The notes under the pieces were generated by a model. The model was not told where the DNA came from. It ran no database searches and saw nothing but the letters and a program-made list of their open reading frames with translations. Positions 31,202 through 41,213 of a DNA stretch of 64,000 bases are shown here, piece after piece. Source of the DNA: an uncultured virus (IMG/VR IMGVR_UViG_3300031269_000004) (Duplodnaviria; Heunggongvirae; Uroviricota; Caudoviricetes); IMG/VR virus record IMGVR_UViG_3300031269_000004. One strand, written 5' to 3'. Position numbers and translations under genes: made by a program. How positions within the stretch are numbered: the stretch's first letter is position 1; each line of letters begins with the position of its first letter.

Positions 31202-31926
31202 GTACTAAAATAAAGCATGAGTTTTTTGAACTGGCAGGTAAAGCATTTATAGACTACCTCGATCAAATGTTTAAGCCGTTTAGTGACAATATTGGTAGTA
31301 CATTTCCAATTATGATTACGAATACAGGCGATGAAATATTTTTGCATAACATGTTTAACGATGTTGTTGACAATGAAAAGCCACTATACAGTTCAATACC
31401 TAGAATGTCACTCGACGTTAGAGGAATAGGAATACAAAGTGAGCAACTAACAAATTATCATGACGTACTTGCCAATGCTACTGTGCAAGACAGTGCTGGC
31501 TTTAACAAAAGAGTAAAACTACCAGTTAGAAGAATACCCGTGACGTGGACATTTAATACTGAGGTTGTATTCAACAATATTTTTGAATTTCTTACGTTCA
31601 CTGAGATTTTTCTAACAGTCTCGCATCACAATCACACATTTTCTTTTTTCTATGCTGGGTCAGAATATCACTGCATGTTTTTAATACCAACTGATGTAGA
31701 GACAAACGTTAGTCTAAACCTTGCATACGATACAAGCAAAAGAGAAAGAAGATTGCCACTAAACTTTATGTTAGAACTGCAATATCCAGCATTTGATATT
31801 TATCCTGTTGGTAACCATAAGGGTCACGATGGCTTTGCGCCAAATGAGACAATGCAAAGCATAGAACATACGACCAAGGTAGAGTCGATTAGCAGTAAGC
31901 AAATAATAAATAAACCAGAAAATTGA
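31198..31926 (+). CDS. Tail completion / sheath stabiliser (T4 gp15-like)
   Basis: IPRMSL, RIPVTWTF and downstream pattern typical of gp15. Confidence 0.65.
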   Translation: MSTKIKHEFFELAGKAFIDYLDQMFKPFSDNIGSTFPIMITNTGDEIFLHNMFNDVVDNEKPLYSSIPRMSLDVRGIGIQSEQLTNYHDVLANATVQDSAGFNKRVKLPVRRIPVTWTFNTEVVFNNIFEFLTFTEIFLTVSHHNHTFSFFYAGSEYHCMFLIPTDVETNVSLNLAYDTSKRERRLPLNFMLELQYPAFDIYPVGNHKGHDGFAPNETMQSIEHTTKVESISSKQIINKPEN

Positions 31927-32399
31927 TGAAAAATCCATTTAAAGACTTACATTTTAATAGTAGATGGCTACAAAGGCTTATTTTGCCTCTTTGTATCTAC
32001 AACACAATTAATTCGTATATACTTGTTCGAAAAGAGTCTGCGATTCTAAAGTCAGTTATAAATGACAACAATGACTTCTTTTCTGCATTGGGTCATATTG
32101 GGTTTAGACCTTTTGGTCGTTTTGGCCAGTTAACAACAGAAATGCCATACGAAAAAGGCCTAACGATTGAACAAATAAACGAAATAGCAAACAAAACGAT
32201 AATCGGAGTTGTTATGAGATGGGTTGAAGGTGAAAATTTGTTTGGTGTAATATTTTGCAACTGTCAACTTGACGGTGAAAGTGTACGTGCAACAATTTCA
32301 CCTAGTAACCTGCCAGTTTTAGTACGTGACAGCACAGATTTACTAATAGCTTCGGCATTTGTTGCAATGCTTACAGCATTAGGCTTTATTTACGTCTAA
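31926..32399 (+). CDS. Membrane protein
   Basis: N- and C-terminal hydrophobic helices. Confidence 0.55.
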   Translation: MKNPFKDLHFNSRWLQRLILPLCIYNTINSYILVRKESAILKSVINDNNDFFSALGHIGFRPFGRFGQLTTEMPYEKGLTIEQINEIANKTIIGVVMRWVEGENLFGVIFCNCQLDGESVRATISPSNLPVLVRDSTDLLIASAFVAMLTALGFIYV

Positions 32400-32473
32400 G
32401 ACTATTTACAGCGCAAAACAAAAAGTACAATGTTTAATTATATCATAATAACAAAATTACAATTATTAGATTT

Positions 32474-33019
32474 ATGAAAAAAGTAAAAGTATTAATGCCA
32501 TACACGGCAGCAGAAATCAACACACTTCGTGAAAACTTAGGGTCACATGATGAGAAAACTCTAATTGAACGTTTTGATGCCTTAATGGCCAAGCAAAATG
32601 ACACAACGTTTTTACTTGACAAAAAGACACGCACAACTTTAAAGGCATTTTTTGGTTCAACCGGTATTTGGTCTATTGATTTTAGATTAGCAAAAGGTTT
32701 AGCTAGTGTTAACGGAGTTCTTAATGACGCAAAGTCAGAATTAACAGTTTTGCATCTTCGTATCATTCAGGAAACAATTCTGAAACACACAACAATCACA
32801 AGCCTAGAAGCTGCTGGTATTGTTGACAATGTTTTAGTTGCACTAAATCCAATAAATGTTGAAATGTCCAGATTTGAAGAAGAGGCTAAGCATGTTGCAG
32901 AATTCTTAAATAGAATCGAGCAAGTAAAAGAAACTGGCTTGGAACACAAAAAGGACGACACGGCAGAAGATTTACCTGCACCAACTGAAAAAGCAGACAC
33001 GCCACTGACTAAGGTATAA
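32474..33019 (+). CDS. Hypothetical protein
   Basis: 181-aa ORF between a TGTTTAATT motif and a terminator. Confidence 0.65.
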   Translation: MKKVKVLMPYTAAEINTLRENLGSHDEKTLIERFDALMAKQNDTTFLLDKKTRTTLKAFFGSTGIWSIDFRLAKGLASVNGVLNDAKSELTVLHLRIIQETILKHTTITSLEAAGIVDNVLVALNPINVEMSRFEEEAKHVAEFLNRIEQVKETGLEHKKDDTAEDLPAPTEKADTPLTKV

Positions 33020-33035
33020 ATAAATAAATAACTAA

Positions 33036-33075
33036 AAAAAGGAGGCACTTGCATAATTGTAAGTGCCTCCTTTTT
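33036..33075 (+). terminator. Rho-independent terminator
   Basis: GGAGGCACTTGCA-TAAT-TGTAAGTGCCTCC-TTTTT. Confidence 0.85.
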
Positions 33076-33097
33076 ATCACTAACTTAACACAATTAA

Positions 33098-33772
33098 ATG
33101 AAAAACTTACAAAGACAGTCAGACAGGTTTGTTGTTTGGGCCAGAGAGTTAAGCTCTAGAGGCAGCTCATTTATTATTGTTATGTTAGGTGTTATGTTGC
33201 AGGCATCACATACAACACTATTAATGTATGAAGTTGCTGCATTCGATCAGCCGTGGCTTAGGTTTACTGTTGCAATGGGTATTGGCTTGTTTATTAGTTG
33301 TGCACTTGCAGTATTTACTCTAAAGTACGATGGCAAAAATTTACAAATAAAACAAATCATCAACGTTTTCTTTTACTTTGAAGTTTTCACTAACATATTT
33401 TACTACTGGAATTCTATTATCTTGCTAAAAGATTTTAATACACTAGAGATTAAAGATTGGATATATGTAACAGTAGCAATGCCGTTTGCTTACATTATGC
33501 CGTATGCAATCAAACAATTTGCTGGTGTTATTAGTTCAGACAACCGTTTAGAATTTGGAGATATCGACGCAATACAAGAGCAGTCAGACATGTCAACTTC
33601 ACAAATAGCAATACTAGACGAGCGCTTTGCTGCAATTGAACAAGGCCTTAGCGGCATTAACGATACACTGAGTAAAATTAATCCAGACGAGTTCCTTAAA
33701 AGAGGTGAACACGTGCAGATTACAGTTGGCGATGGAGAAGACAAGAAAAAATCAATCATTACATTAGGTTAA
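33098..33772 (+). CDS. Multi-pass membrane protein with C-terminal coiled coil
   Basis: About four hydrophobic helices. Confidence 0.6.
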   Translation: MKNLQRQSDRFVVWARELSSRGSSFIIVMLGVMLQASHTTLLMYEVAAFDQPWLRFTVAMGIGLFISCALAVFTLKYDGKNLQIKQIINVFFYFEVFTNIFYYWNSIILLKDFNTLEIKDWIYVTVAMPFAYIMPYAIKQFAGVISSDNRLEFGDIDAIQEQSDMSTSQIAILDERFAAIEQGLSGINDTLSKINPDEFLKRGEHVQITVGDGEDKKKSIITLG

Positions 33773-33784
33773 AACAAGTCATAA

Positions 33785-34042
33785 ATGAAAAACTTAGTAT
33801 TAGCAATTGTGTTGCTACTTGCAACATCTTGCGCAAGCAGACAGTCAATGAGCACAGTAACAATTACAGGCACAGTAACAAAGATTTCAGGCAATAATTA
33901 TTTTGCAATTATGTTAGATACTGGTGTAAGAATTTGCCTAGTGCCACAAACAGATATAGCAGTTGGTGAGCTCGTGCAATTCTGGGTTCATGATAGGACT
34001 GACGTAAACCAAAAAGATTACGTGTCACATATGAAAAAATAA
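33785..34042 (+). CDS. Putative lipoprotein
   Basis: Signal peptide with lipobox LLATSC. Confidence 0.65.
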   Translation: MKNLVLAIVLLLATSCASRQSMSTVTITGTVTKISGNNYFAIMLDTGVRICLVPQTDIAVGELVQFWVHDRTDVNQKDYVSHMKK

Positions 34043-34086
34043 GACAAAGCAAGACGTTAACATTGTGTTAACGTCTTGCTTTGTCT
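34042..34086. repeat. Perfect 21-bp inverted repeat with 3-nt loop
   Basis: AGACAAAGCAAGACGTTAACA-TTG-TGTTAACGTCTTGCTTTGTCT. Confidence 0.9.
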
Positions 34087-34147
34087 AGTATGCTTATGCA
34101 TATAAGTGTTTAATTGATCAAAAGGACAAACAAAAGATAAATAAAAT

Positions 34148-36409
34148 ATGGAAGAAACAAATACAATGTCTGTTACTAAGATGAATGTCATTAAACGTAA
34201 CGGCTCGTCAGAAAAATTAAATGTAGATAAAATAAACGCAGTAGTCAATTGGGCATGCGAAGGTCTAGTAGCCAATCCGTCAGATGTTATAATGAATGCC
34301 AAAATAAAAATTTATGATGGCATTAAGTCTACAAAAATACATGAAATCTTAGTCAATTCTGCATATGACCTCATTAGTGGTCGCACACCTGACTATCAAT
34401 ATGTTGCAGGTCGGCTACTTAACTTCTACACTAGAAAACAGGTGTTTGGTGTTTTTAGAGATGAAGACATGCCACACATCTTAGACGTTGTTAAGTCAAA
34501 TACAGCAATAGGTCTATATGACACTGCACTAGAAGACAAGTATACAACCGAAGAGTGGAATAAAATAAACTCTATGATTGATCACTCTGCCGATGGTAAG
34601 TTAGAGCATGCTGCATACAAAAAAATGACAGATACGTATCTTGCTAAAAACAGGCACAGCAATTACATATATGAAACGCCGCAAATAGCATTTATACTTA
34701 TTGCTGCAACAAAGTTTGATGATCTTGCTGATATTAAAGATTATTATGGTATGCTAAAAGGTCGTTGGCTAAATATACCAACGCCAGTTATGGCTGGTCT
34801 TAGAACCCAAACAAAGCAGTTTGCATCATGTACGCTTATTGATATTGCTGATGATCTTGATTCAATTTACGCTTCAGCGCATGCAGTTGGTCGTTTTGTT
34901 AGCAGAAAGGCTGGAATTGGTCTTAATATGGGTGCGATTAGAGGCCTTGGTTCACAAATACGAGCAGGTGAGGCAATAACAACTGGTGTTATTCCGTTCC
35001 TAAAGTTTCAAGAAGCAGCAACAAAATCATGCTCACAAGGCAGTATTAGAGACGGTGGTGCAACAGTTGCATTTCCTATATGGCATATTGAAATAGAAGA
35101 CATACTTGTACTTAAGAACAACAAAGGCACTAGTGAAAACAGAGTACGTAAAATGGACTACTCAATTCAAATAACCAGGTTGTTTCTTATGAGAATGGTT
35201 AAAAACGAAAAAATATCTTTGTTTAGCTCTTCAGATGTTCCTACCTTATACCCATTATGGGGTGGTCCTGGTTTTGACGCAGAATACATCAAATTTGAAA
35301 ATGACCCAAGTGTCAAACGAAAGGTTATACAGGGTAGAGACTTACTAATGTCCCTCGTCAACGAAAGAATCAATACTGGTCGAATTTACATTTCTATGCT
35401 AGATAATGTAAACAACAATAGCCCTTGGGTAGACCTTATACAAATGAGTAACTTGTGTCAAGAAATAAAGCTACCAACAAAGCCAATTTATGACATAAAC
35501 GATATCAACGGTGAAATTGCACTATGTATGTTAGGTGGTGTTAACCTCGGTAAAATTAGTGGTCCTGATACTTTTCATAAATTAGAAAAACCACTATCAA
35601 TGTTGGTTAAAGGTATTGACAATATAATTTCAATACAAGAATACCCGGTGCCAGCAGCAGAAAAACAAACTAAACGAAGAAGCATTGGCGTTGGCGTAAC
35701 AAACTTTGCATATTGGTTAGCAAAAAATGGCCTAGCCTACGGTGACTCTGCAACTCTACCTTTAGTTGATGAACTATTTGAACACATTCAGTACTACCTC
35801 ATCAAGGCATCTGTACAATTAGCAAAAGAACGCGGAAAGTGTGAATTTTTTGACCAGACTAAGTATGCACAAGGTATATTACCTATCGATAGATACAACA
35901 AAAACGTTGATGAACTAGTCATGCGTGACTACACATTAGACTGGGAAGCCTTAAGACTAGAAGTTTTAGAACATGGAATGCGAAACTCTGTACTTTCTGC
36001 AATAATGCCTGCTGAATCATCGTCACCAGTTACAAACTCGACAAATGGCATAGAGCCACCAAGAGCATTGGTCACTACGAAGACAAATAAAAACGGTAGC
36101 ATCAAAGTCGTAGTGCCATCTATAAAATCACTAGGTGCTAGGTATACGACAGCTTGGGACCTTAAGTCTAATAAGCCAATTAACGATATATCTGCAGTTA
36201 TACAAAAGTGGATAGATCAATCAATATCTGTAAATCATTACTATAACCCATTATCTTTTGAAGGTAAAAAGGTACCAGCAAAAGTTGTTATTAATGACAT
36301 CATAGACTTCTTTAAGTATGGCGGTAATAATTTGTATTATGCAAATACACTGGATGCAGTGGTAGAGGATGATACTAATGATTGCGAAAGCGGTGCATGC
36401 ACACTATAA
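34148..36409 (+). CDS. nrdA: Ribonucleotide reductase class Ia alpha subunit with ATP cone
   Basis: VIKRNG ATP cone, PTPVMAG, QFASC, SNLCQEI, MPAESSS, TNGIEP, LYY, C-terminal CESGAC. Confidence 0.97.
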   Translation: MEETNTMSVTKMNVIKRNGSSEKLNVDKINAVVNWACEGLVANPSDVIMNAKIKIYDGIKSTKIHEILVNSAYDLISGRTPDYQYVAGRLLNFYTRKQVFGVFRDEDMPHILDVVKSNTAIGLYDTALEDKYTTEEWNKINSMIDHSADGKLEHAAYKKMTDTYLAKNRHSNYIYETPQIAFILIAATKFDDLADIKDYYGMLKGRWLNIPTPVMAGLRTQTKQFASCTLIDIADDLDSIYASAHAVGRFVSRKAGIGLNMGAIRGLGSQIRAGEAITTGVIPFLKFQEAATKSCSQGSIRDGGATVAFPIWHIEIEDILVLKNNKGTSENRVRKMDYSIQITRLFLMRMVKNEKISLFSSSDVPTLYPLWGGPGFDAEYIKFENDPSVKRKVIQGRDLLMSLVNERINTGRIYISMLDNVNNNSPWVDLIQMSNLCQEIKLPTKPIYDINDINGEIALCMLGGVNLGKISGPDTFHKLEKPLSMLVKGIDNIISIQEYPVPAAEKQTKRRSIGVGVTNFAYWLAKNGLAYGDSATLPLVDELFEHIQYYLIKASVQLAKERGKCEFFDQTKYAQGILPIDRYNKNVDELVMRDYTLDWEALRLEVLEHGMRNSVLSAIMPAESSSPVTNSTNGIEPPRALVTTKTNKNGSIKVVVPSIKSLGARYTTAWDLKSNKPINDISAVIQKWIDQSISVNHYYNPLSFEGKKVPAKVVINDIIDFFKYGGNNLYYANTLDAVVEDDTNDCESGACTL

Positions 36410-36426
36410 TTTAACAAAAAACTAAA

Positions 36427-37509
36427 ATGGGTTCAACACAAACAAAAAAGATTATCAACACAAACATAGTAGACCAGTCAACGCAACCAATTTTCTTTGG
36501 TGAGCCCATGGGGTTTCAGCGATATGACAATCCTAAGTATACACAAATTGACGAACTGTATGAAGCACAATTGTCTATGTTTTGGCGGCCACAAGAAATA
36601 GACCTAACAAAAGATCGTGCAGATTTCCATACTCTTACCGAGCATGAAAAGTTTATTTTTACTAAAAACTTAGGTTATCAAATATTACTAGACAGCATAC
36701 AGTCTAGAGGTATTTTACACTTATTAGAAGACTGTTCAAACTTAGAATTTGAATCGTTCTGTGAAGAATGGGCTTTCTTTGAAGGCATACACGCACGGTC
36801 TTACACTCACATCATAAAAAATGTATACCCGAATCCGTCTACAATATTTGATGAAATATCAACTGACGAAGAAATCATAAAGCGTGCCTCTTCAGTGACA
36901 CAATACTATGACGACTTAATCAACAATATTGGTAATGAAACCCAGTACGACAAAAAGAAAAAATTGTATCTTACTCTTGTTTCAATTCAAATTTTAGAGT
37001 TTGTTAGGTTTTACATATCGTTTGCGTGTTCATACTACTTTGCTGAGCAAGGCAAAATGATTGGTAACGCAAGCATTATTAAGTTAATCAACAGAGATGA
37101 AAACATTCATGGTTCATTAACAAGGTTTGTAGTCAAGCAATTAAGAACAAGAGAAGACGAAGGCTTTATCGAAGTTGCAAAAGATTGCGAGGACATAGTA
37201 CAAAAAATGTGGTCTGATGCTGCCCAAGAAGAAATAAAGTGGGCTGAATACTTGTTTAAAGACGGAGACCTAATGGGTCTTAATGCTGAAATACTAACAA
37301 AGTACATGAAGCATTTAGTAAACCTACGAATGAAAAATTGCGGATTTACACCTATTTTTGAAAAAACAAAAAACCCAATAACTTGGATTAACAAGTATGT
37401 TGATTCTGGTAGTGTTCAAGTAGCACCGCAAGAAACAGAAATTACTTCGTACTTGTCAAATTCAATGGACGGTAATATACAAGACGGTGAAATAAACGTT
37501 GACTTCTAG
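36427..37509 (+). CDS. nrdB: Ribonucleotide reductase class Ia beta subunit
   Basis: FWRPQE, LLDSIQ, EGIHARSY, ILEFVRFY, RDENIH, VAPQETEITSY. Confidence 0.97.
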   Translation: MGSTQTKKIINTNIVDQSTQPIFFGEPMGFQRYDNPKYTQIDELYEAQLSMFWRPQEIDLTKDRADFHTLTEHEKFIFTKNLGYQILLDSIQSRGILHLLEDCSNLEFESFCEEWAFFEGIHARSYTHIIKNVYPNPSTIFDEISTDEEIIKRASSVTQYYDDLINNIGNETQYDKKKKLYLTLVSIQILEFVRFYISFACSYYFAEQGKMIGNASIIKLINRDENIHGSLTRFVVKQLRTREDEGFIEVAKDCEDIVQKMWSDAAQEEIKWAEYLFKDGDLMGLNAEILTKYMKHLVNLRMKNCGFTPIFEKTKNPITWINKYVDSGSVQVAPQETEITSYLSNSMDGNIQDGEINVDF

Positions 37510-37540
37510 GAACCTATTGAGGTTAGGATAACTCAGTTAG

Positions 37541-37571
37541 AGGGCAGGAGACTTAATGTTTCTTGCCCTTT
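37541..37571 (+). terminator. Rho-independent terminator
   Basis: AGGGCAGGA...TCTTGCCCT-TT. Confidence 0.65.
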
Positions 37572-37657
37572 ATTTGTTTACTACTACTGAAAAGTTTATA
37601 CAATGCAACAATTTTCTGTTGAAAATTTAACATTTTAGATTGCTCTAAAGAGTCTAA

Positions 37658-37679
37658 TTGTTATATATTTATATAACAA
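37658..37679 (+). promoter_or_regulatory. Palindromic putative early-promoter element, copy 1
   Basis: TTGTTATATA-TT-TATATAACAA, a 10-bp inverted repeat 14 nt before the ATG. Confidence 0.75.
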
Positions 37680-37693
37680 TAAAAACAACAATA

Positions 37694-37882
37694 ATGCAAA
37701 CAGTAACAACAACAGCATCAGAATATTTAAAATCTATTAGACTTGGCTATTATGAACCAGTGCGTTGCATATCTTTAAGAGAAAAACTAGTAATGCATCA
37801 CAAACCCGGTCATGCACCAGTTGAAGTTTTAGTTAGAATATCAAAAACAGAAAATACACAAACGATGCAACCGAAAAGCTAA
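37694..37882 (+). CDS. Hypothetical protein
   Basis: ATG at 37694 just after the palindromic element. Confidence 0.55.
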   Translation: MQTVTTTASEYLKSIRLGYYEPVRCISLREKLVMHHKPGHAPVEVLVRISKTENTQTMQPKS

Positions 37883-38002
37883 TTATCAAACTCATGCCTG
37901 GTCACCTATTGTCTAAATAGTTTCGTTAGCATTGCAATACGTAAAATAATTTAACTTAGCAATTACCTAACTGTAATACATAATACATTAAAAAAAAAAA
38001 AA

Positions 38003-38371
38003 ATGAAATCATTAAAATCTTACATTAACGAAGCAGCAACAGTAAAGTTTGACCTTGATGTTATTGCACCTTTCGATGCTGCATCAGAAAAAAATGCACA
38101 ACGAAAGTTTAAAATTACGACAGAAATTACTATGTCTGAAGTAACTGGTACAATAAGCGACAGTGAAACAGACGTAACCGTTACATTTAGTAATGGCGAT
38201 ATGATAGAATATACAGCAGACAGAAACGTAACAATGTCAATAGAGACTGCAGTAGGTGAAACGGTTAAACTTGACAATAAGGCTGATGACTACATGGGTT
38301 CTACTGGTTCTGTTGTTGGTGATCTTGCTCTCGTCTATAAAGACTGGAAAGCAGGAAAAATTAGAGCATAA
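38003..38371 (+). CDS. Leader-tagged putative internal head protein
   Basis: MKSLKSYINEA leader; late-type motif upstream. Confidence 0.65.
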   Translation: MKSLKSYINEAATVKFDLDVIAPFDAASEKNAQRKFKITTEITMSEVTGTISDSETDVTVTFSNGDMIEYTADRNVTMSIETAVGETVKLDNKADDYMGSTGSVVGDLALVYKDWKAGKIRA

Positions 38372-38416
38372 TACAAACGCATAAATAAGAATAGTAATAT
38401 ATTTTAATAATAAGAC

Positions 38417-38869
38417 ATGAAATCACTAAGCACACACATCACAGAATCGTTTGTTAACGAGTCTGTGATGTGTGTGCTCGACTTAAATATTGTAGTTGAT
38501 CAGCAAATTAACAATATTAATCGTGTTATTGCTGACCTATCTACTAAAAAATCAAAAGAAGAAGACATCAAGTCTTTAAACGTCGACGTAGACAAACTGC
38601 AAGCAGTTAAAAAAAATAGGAAAGCAGTCGATGCTAATAATTCGGTGGTCAAATATGTTAATAGTAGACAGGATGTCTTTAAATCGTTATCATTTAAATT
38701 GTCAACCGCAGCAAACGGTAACCCTGCTTTATATCTAAAATTTAAGTCATCCAGAATGTCTGATGATGAGATTGAAACAATAAAAGATGAGATGACAGCA
38801 GTTAAAATAGATAAATCTAAAATGCAATGGTCTGCAAAGACAGGAACTCTTAGTATAGATTTAACCTAA
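38417..38869 (+). CDS. Leader-tagged putative internal head protein
   Basis: MKSLSTHITESFVNES leader. Confidence 0.7.
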   Translation: MKSLSTHITESFVNESVMCVLDLNIVVDQQINNINRVIADLSTKKSKEEDIKSLNVDVDKLQAVKKNRKAVDANNSVVKYVNSRQDVFKSLSFKLSTAANGNPALYLKFKSSRMSDDEIETIKDEMTAVKIDKSKMQWSAKTGTLSIDLT

Positions 38870-38880
38870 AACTTTACAAT

Positions 38881-40143
38881 ATGAAGGCATTAAGTAAACA
38901 TCTTACTGAATCTCTTGTCGCAGAAGGTCAATGGTCATCATACTATGATGACCATGAGCCAGAAGGAAAACTGGCAGCATATGTCTATGACGCAAGTGTT
39001 GGGTTCATTGACCCGGCTGCACTAAATTCTTTACTAAAAAAGTACCCAAATCAAAAAAAGATGCTTGCTTTCAGAGGTCTATTTTTTAGGGATATTGAAA
39101 GTTACAAAGGATTTGTTGCTGACATCAAAAGTAACAAAATAGACCTGTCAGGCTATACTAGCTGGACTCGATCTGTCGACACTGCACAACAGTTTGCCTT
39201 AACATCACCAACAAATAACATTATGCTGCTTGGTCGTGAATTTTTTAAGTCTGAAGATCAAAGAAGAAAAGTAAAAGACTATACGCAAGGATATGGTGTT
39301 ATCATTGAAACGGTTATTAGGCGAGAACAGGCAATAGACGTTAGTCTAGTGCCACACGTTAGTCAAGAAGACGAGCTTATACTGCCAGCTGGTAACTATG
39401 TTGTTAAGATTTTAAAAACGTTTAAGCCACACAGACAAGGTGTTAAAGATATTGTAGACCTAAACGAATATGTCATGAAACAGCGAAAGATAAAAAGTGG
39501 TCTTGGTCAACAAATGGACTACTCAATGCTAGAACATATTTTAGCTAATTATGAAGAGCAATTGAATGACGATTCTAGAAAACACCTATTTCAAATGTTT
39601 TCTGGTGGCATGACAAGTGCAAGTTGGGTGATTAAAACGGGCACAATGGACAGTTATGACGCAATAACTAAAGCAGGTCAATTTTTAGAACCAGAAAGAG
39701 ATGATAAGTATTCAAGTGAATATGGTACAGACTCATTGCTTAAAGATAAAAAGCAAGTTAAGGCTATACTATTTGCTAAAGGTTTTAATAGAAATCTTTT
39801 GGCGTATTTGCATCTATTTACTGATGCAGACCAAGAAAAAGTTAAACAGGCAATTGATCAATTAGGGGGCAGTCTCGTTCAAGAATTTGAAATGCTAAAC
39901 TTATCAACCGAACAAGACTACTTTTTTCGAGTTGATGGATTAGAAATGATGTCTAAGTTTATGGACACTAAATTAGCAAGCAAAATTGGTCGACTTTTAA
40001 ATATTAAAGTTGGTGAATACTACAAAGAATTAAATAGCAAGGCGTCAGTCGATAAAATAAATAGCCTTATTGGTAAAGAACAAGCTGTTGCAATTGATAG
40101 CATGGTTAACAACATGAAAAAACTGTTTAAAAACTTAAACTAA
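38881..40143 (+). CDS. Leader-tagged ADP-ribosyltransferase (R-S-E type, Alt-like)
   Basis: MKALSKHLTESLVAE leader; AFRGL, YTSWT and QEDELILPAG motifs. Confidence 0.7.
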   Translation: MKALSKHLTESLVAEGQWSSYYDDHEPEGKLAAYVYDASVGFIDPAALNSLLKKYPNQKKMLAFRGLFFRDIESYKGFVADIKSNKIDLSGYTSWTRSVDTAQQFALTSPTNNIMLLGREFFKSEDQRRKVKDYTQGYGVIIETVIRREQAIDVSLVPHVSQEDELILPAGNYVVKILKTFKPHRQGVKDIVDLNEYVMKQRKIKSGLGQQMDYSMLEHILANYEEQLNDDSRKHLFQMFSGGMTSASWVIKTGTMDSYDAITKAGQFLEPERDDKYSSEYGTDSLLKDKKQVKAILFAKGFNRNLLAYLHLFTDADQEKVKQAIDQLGGSLVQEFEMLNLSTEQDYFFRVDGLEMMSKFMDTKLASKIGRLLNIKVGEYYKELNSKASVDKINSLIGKEQAVAIDSMVNNMKKLFKNLN

Positions 40144-40207
40144 AAACATTTCTTTTTTGACACTAGACTTGAAAGTTTAACACTTTAACTAGTCCAGTGT
40201 CATTTAT

Positions 40208-40229
40208 TTGTTATATATTTATATAACAA
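40208..40229 (+). promoter_or_regulatory. Palindromic putative early-promoter element, copy 2
   Basis: TTGTTATATATTTATATAACAA. Confidence 0.75.
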
Positions 40230-40248
40230 TAAAAAACAAATAGAAATT

Positions 40249-40482
40249 ATGAGAGGATATGAAGACTTTAAATTTGAAATGAGTAATGCAGAGGCTAACG
40301 GTATCATCGATATAGATGATTTAACGGGAATTAGAGTACAAGACACATCAACAAATGAAATAATTGATGTTAGGATAAAAGATTCTTTTAAGAAAGAACA
40401 AATATTGCCAATTTTGATGCAGTACACTTTTATAGTGTTTTACGATAAATACGGTAACGGTCATGCAAAAATCACACTATAA
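40249..40482 (+). CDS. Hypothetical protein
   Basis: 77-aa ORF after the palindromic element. Confidence 0.6.
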   Translation: MRGYEDFKFEMSNAEANGIIDIDDLTGIRVQDTSTNEIIDVRIKDSFKKEQILPILMQYTFIVFYDKYGNGHAKITL

Positions 40483-40492
40483 TAAAGCAATT

Positions 40493-41071
40493 ATGAAACC
40501 AATCGAATTTATCAAGCGTTACGGGTTAGACAAGGGCACTAACTTTGACAGGTCTGCATTTAAAGAAGACCTAACATCAGAATTCATTGCATTCTTAGAA
40601 CTAAACAAGGCCAAGGATAACATTAAAGGTTTTGACAACTCAGTTAAAGTTATCAAAATGAAATTCGATGCAATTAACAACAAAACTCTCGGTGACATTA
40701 GTTCTTTTTGGGGTTTCTTTTTTGCAGCAGTTATTGTACCTTTACGAGAACAGCTTTGTCCAGCAGTGACTAAAAGGAGGCAAGACGCAAAGGCAGAAAG
40801 ACAAAAGCAATACGAAGATAGGAAAAAATTCAACGATGAATACTATGGTGACAGTTGGTCTAACTTAAGTATGGCATTTATGTCAGTACTGGTTACGCCA
40901 ACAAGTTCTTTTGTCCAACTTGGTCTTACTATTGATGCAACGTTACAAGATGTTAAGTCAACATACAGAAAGTTGTCAATGAAGCATCATCCAGATTGTG
41001 GAGGCAAACAGGCAATGTTTATACAAATAACTGAGGCAAAAAACAAATGCATTAAGTACTTAAGCAAGTAA
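40493..41071 (+). CDS. J-domain (DnaJ-like) protein
   Basis: C-terminal VKSTYRKLSMKHHPDCGG...FIQITEAK; ATG 40493 is the likely start. Confidence 0.85.
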   Translation: MKPIEFIKRYGLDKGTNFDRSAFKEDLTSEFIAFLELNKAKDNIKGFDNSVKVIKMKFDAINNKTLGDISSFWGFFFAAVIVPLREQLCPAVTKRRQDAKAERQKQYEDRKKFNDEYYGDSWSNLSMAFMSVLVTPTSSFVQLGLTIDATLQDVKSTYRKLSMKHHPDCGGKQAMFIQITEAKNKCIKYLSK

Positions 41072-41145
41072 CAACTTCTTTAAAATTTATGCAAAGTAAC
41101 AACTTCTTTAAAATTTATGCAAAGTAACAACTTCTTGAAAATTTA
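41066..41145 (+). repeat. 28-bp tandem repeat (about 2.8 copies) upstream of an early element
   Basis: AAGTAACAACTTCTTTAAAATTTATGCA at 41066, 41094 and (partial) 41122. Confidence 0.85.
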
Positions 41146-41173
41146 ACACTTTAAGTTGTCACGTAACAACTAA

Positions 41174-41195
41174 TTGTTATATATTTATATGACAA
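41174..41195 (+). promoter_or_regulatory. Palindromic putative early-promoter element, copy 3
   Basis: TTGTTATATATTTATATGACAA (one substitution). Confidence 0.75.
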
Positions 41196-41213
41196 CAAAA
41201 AGTAAACAATATT

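Noticed and set aside
34148..37509. Inteins or introns in nrdA/nrdB (terL also checked)
   Set aside because: Lengths and motif spacing are normal, with no splice-junction or homing endonuclease motifs.
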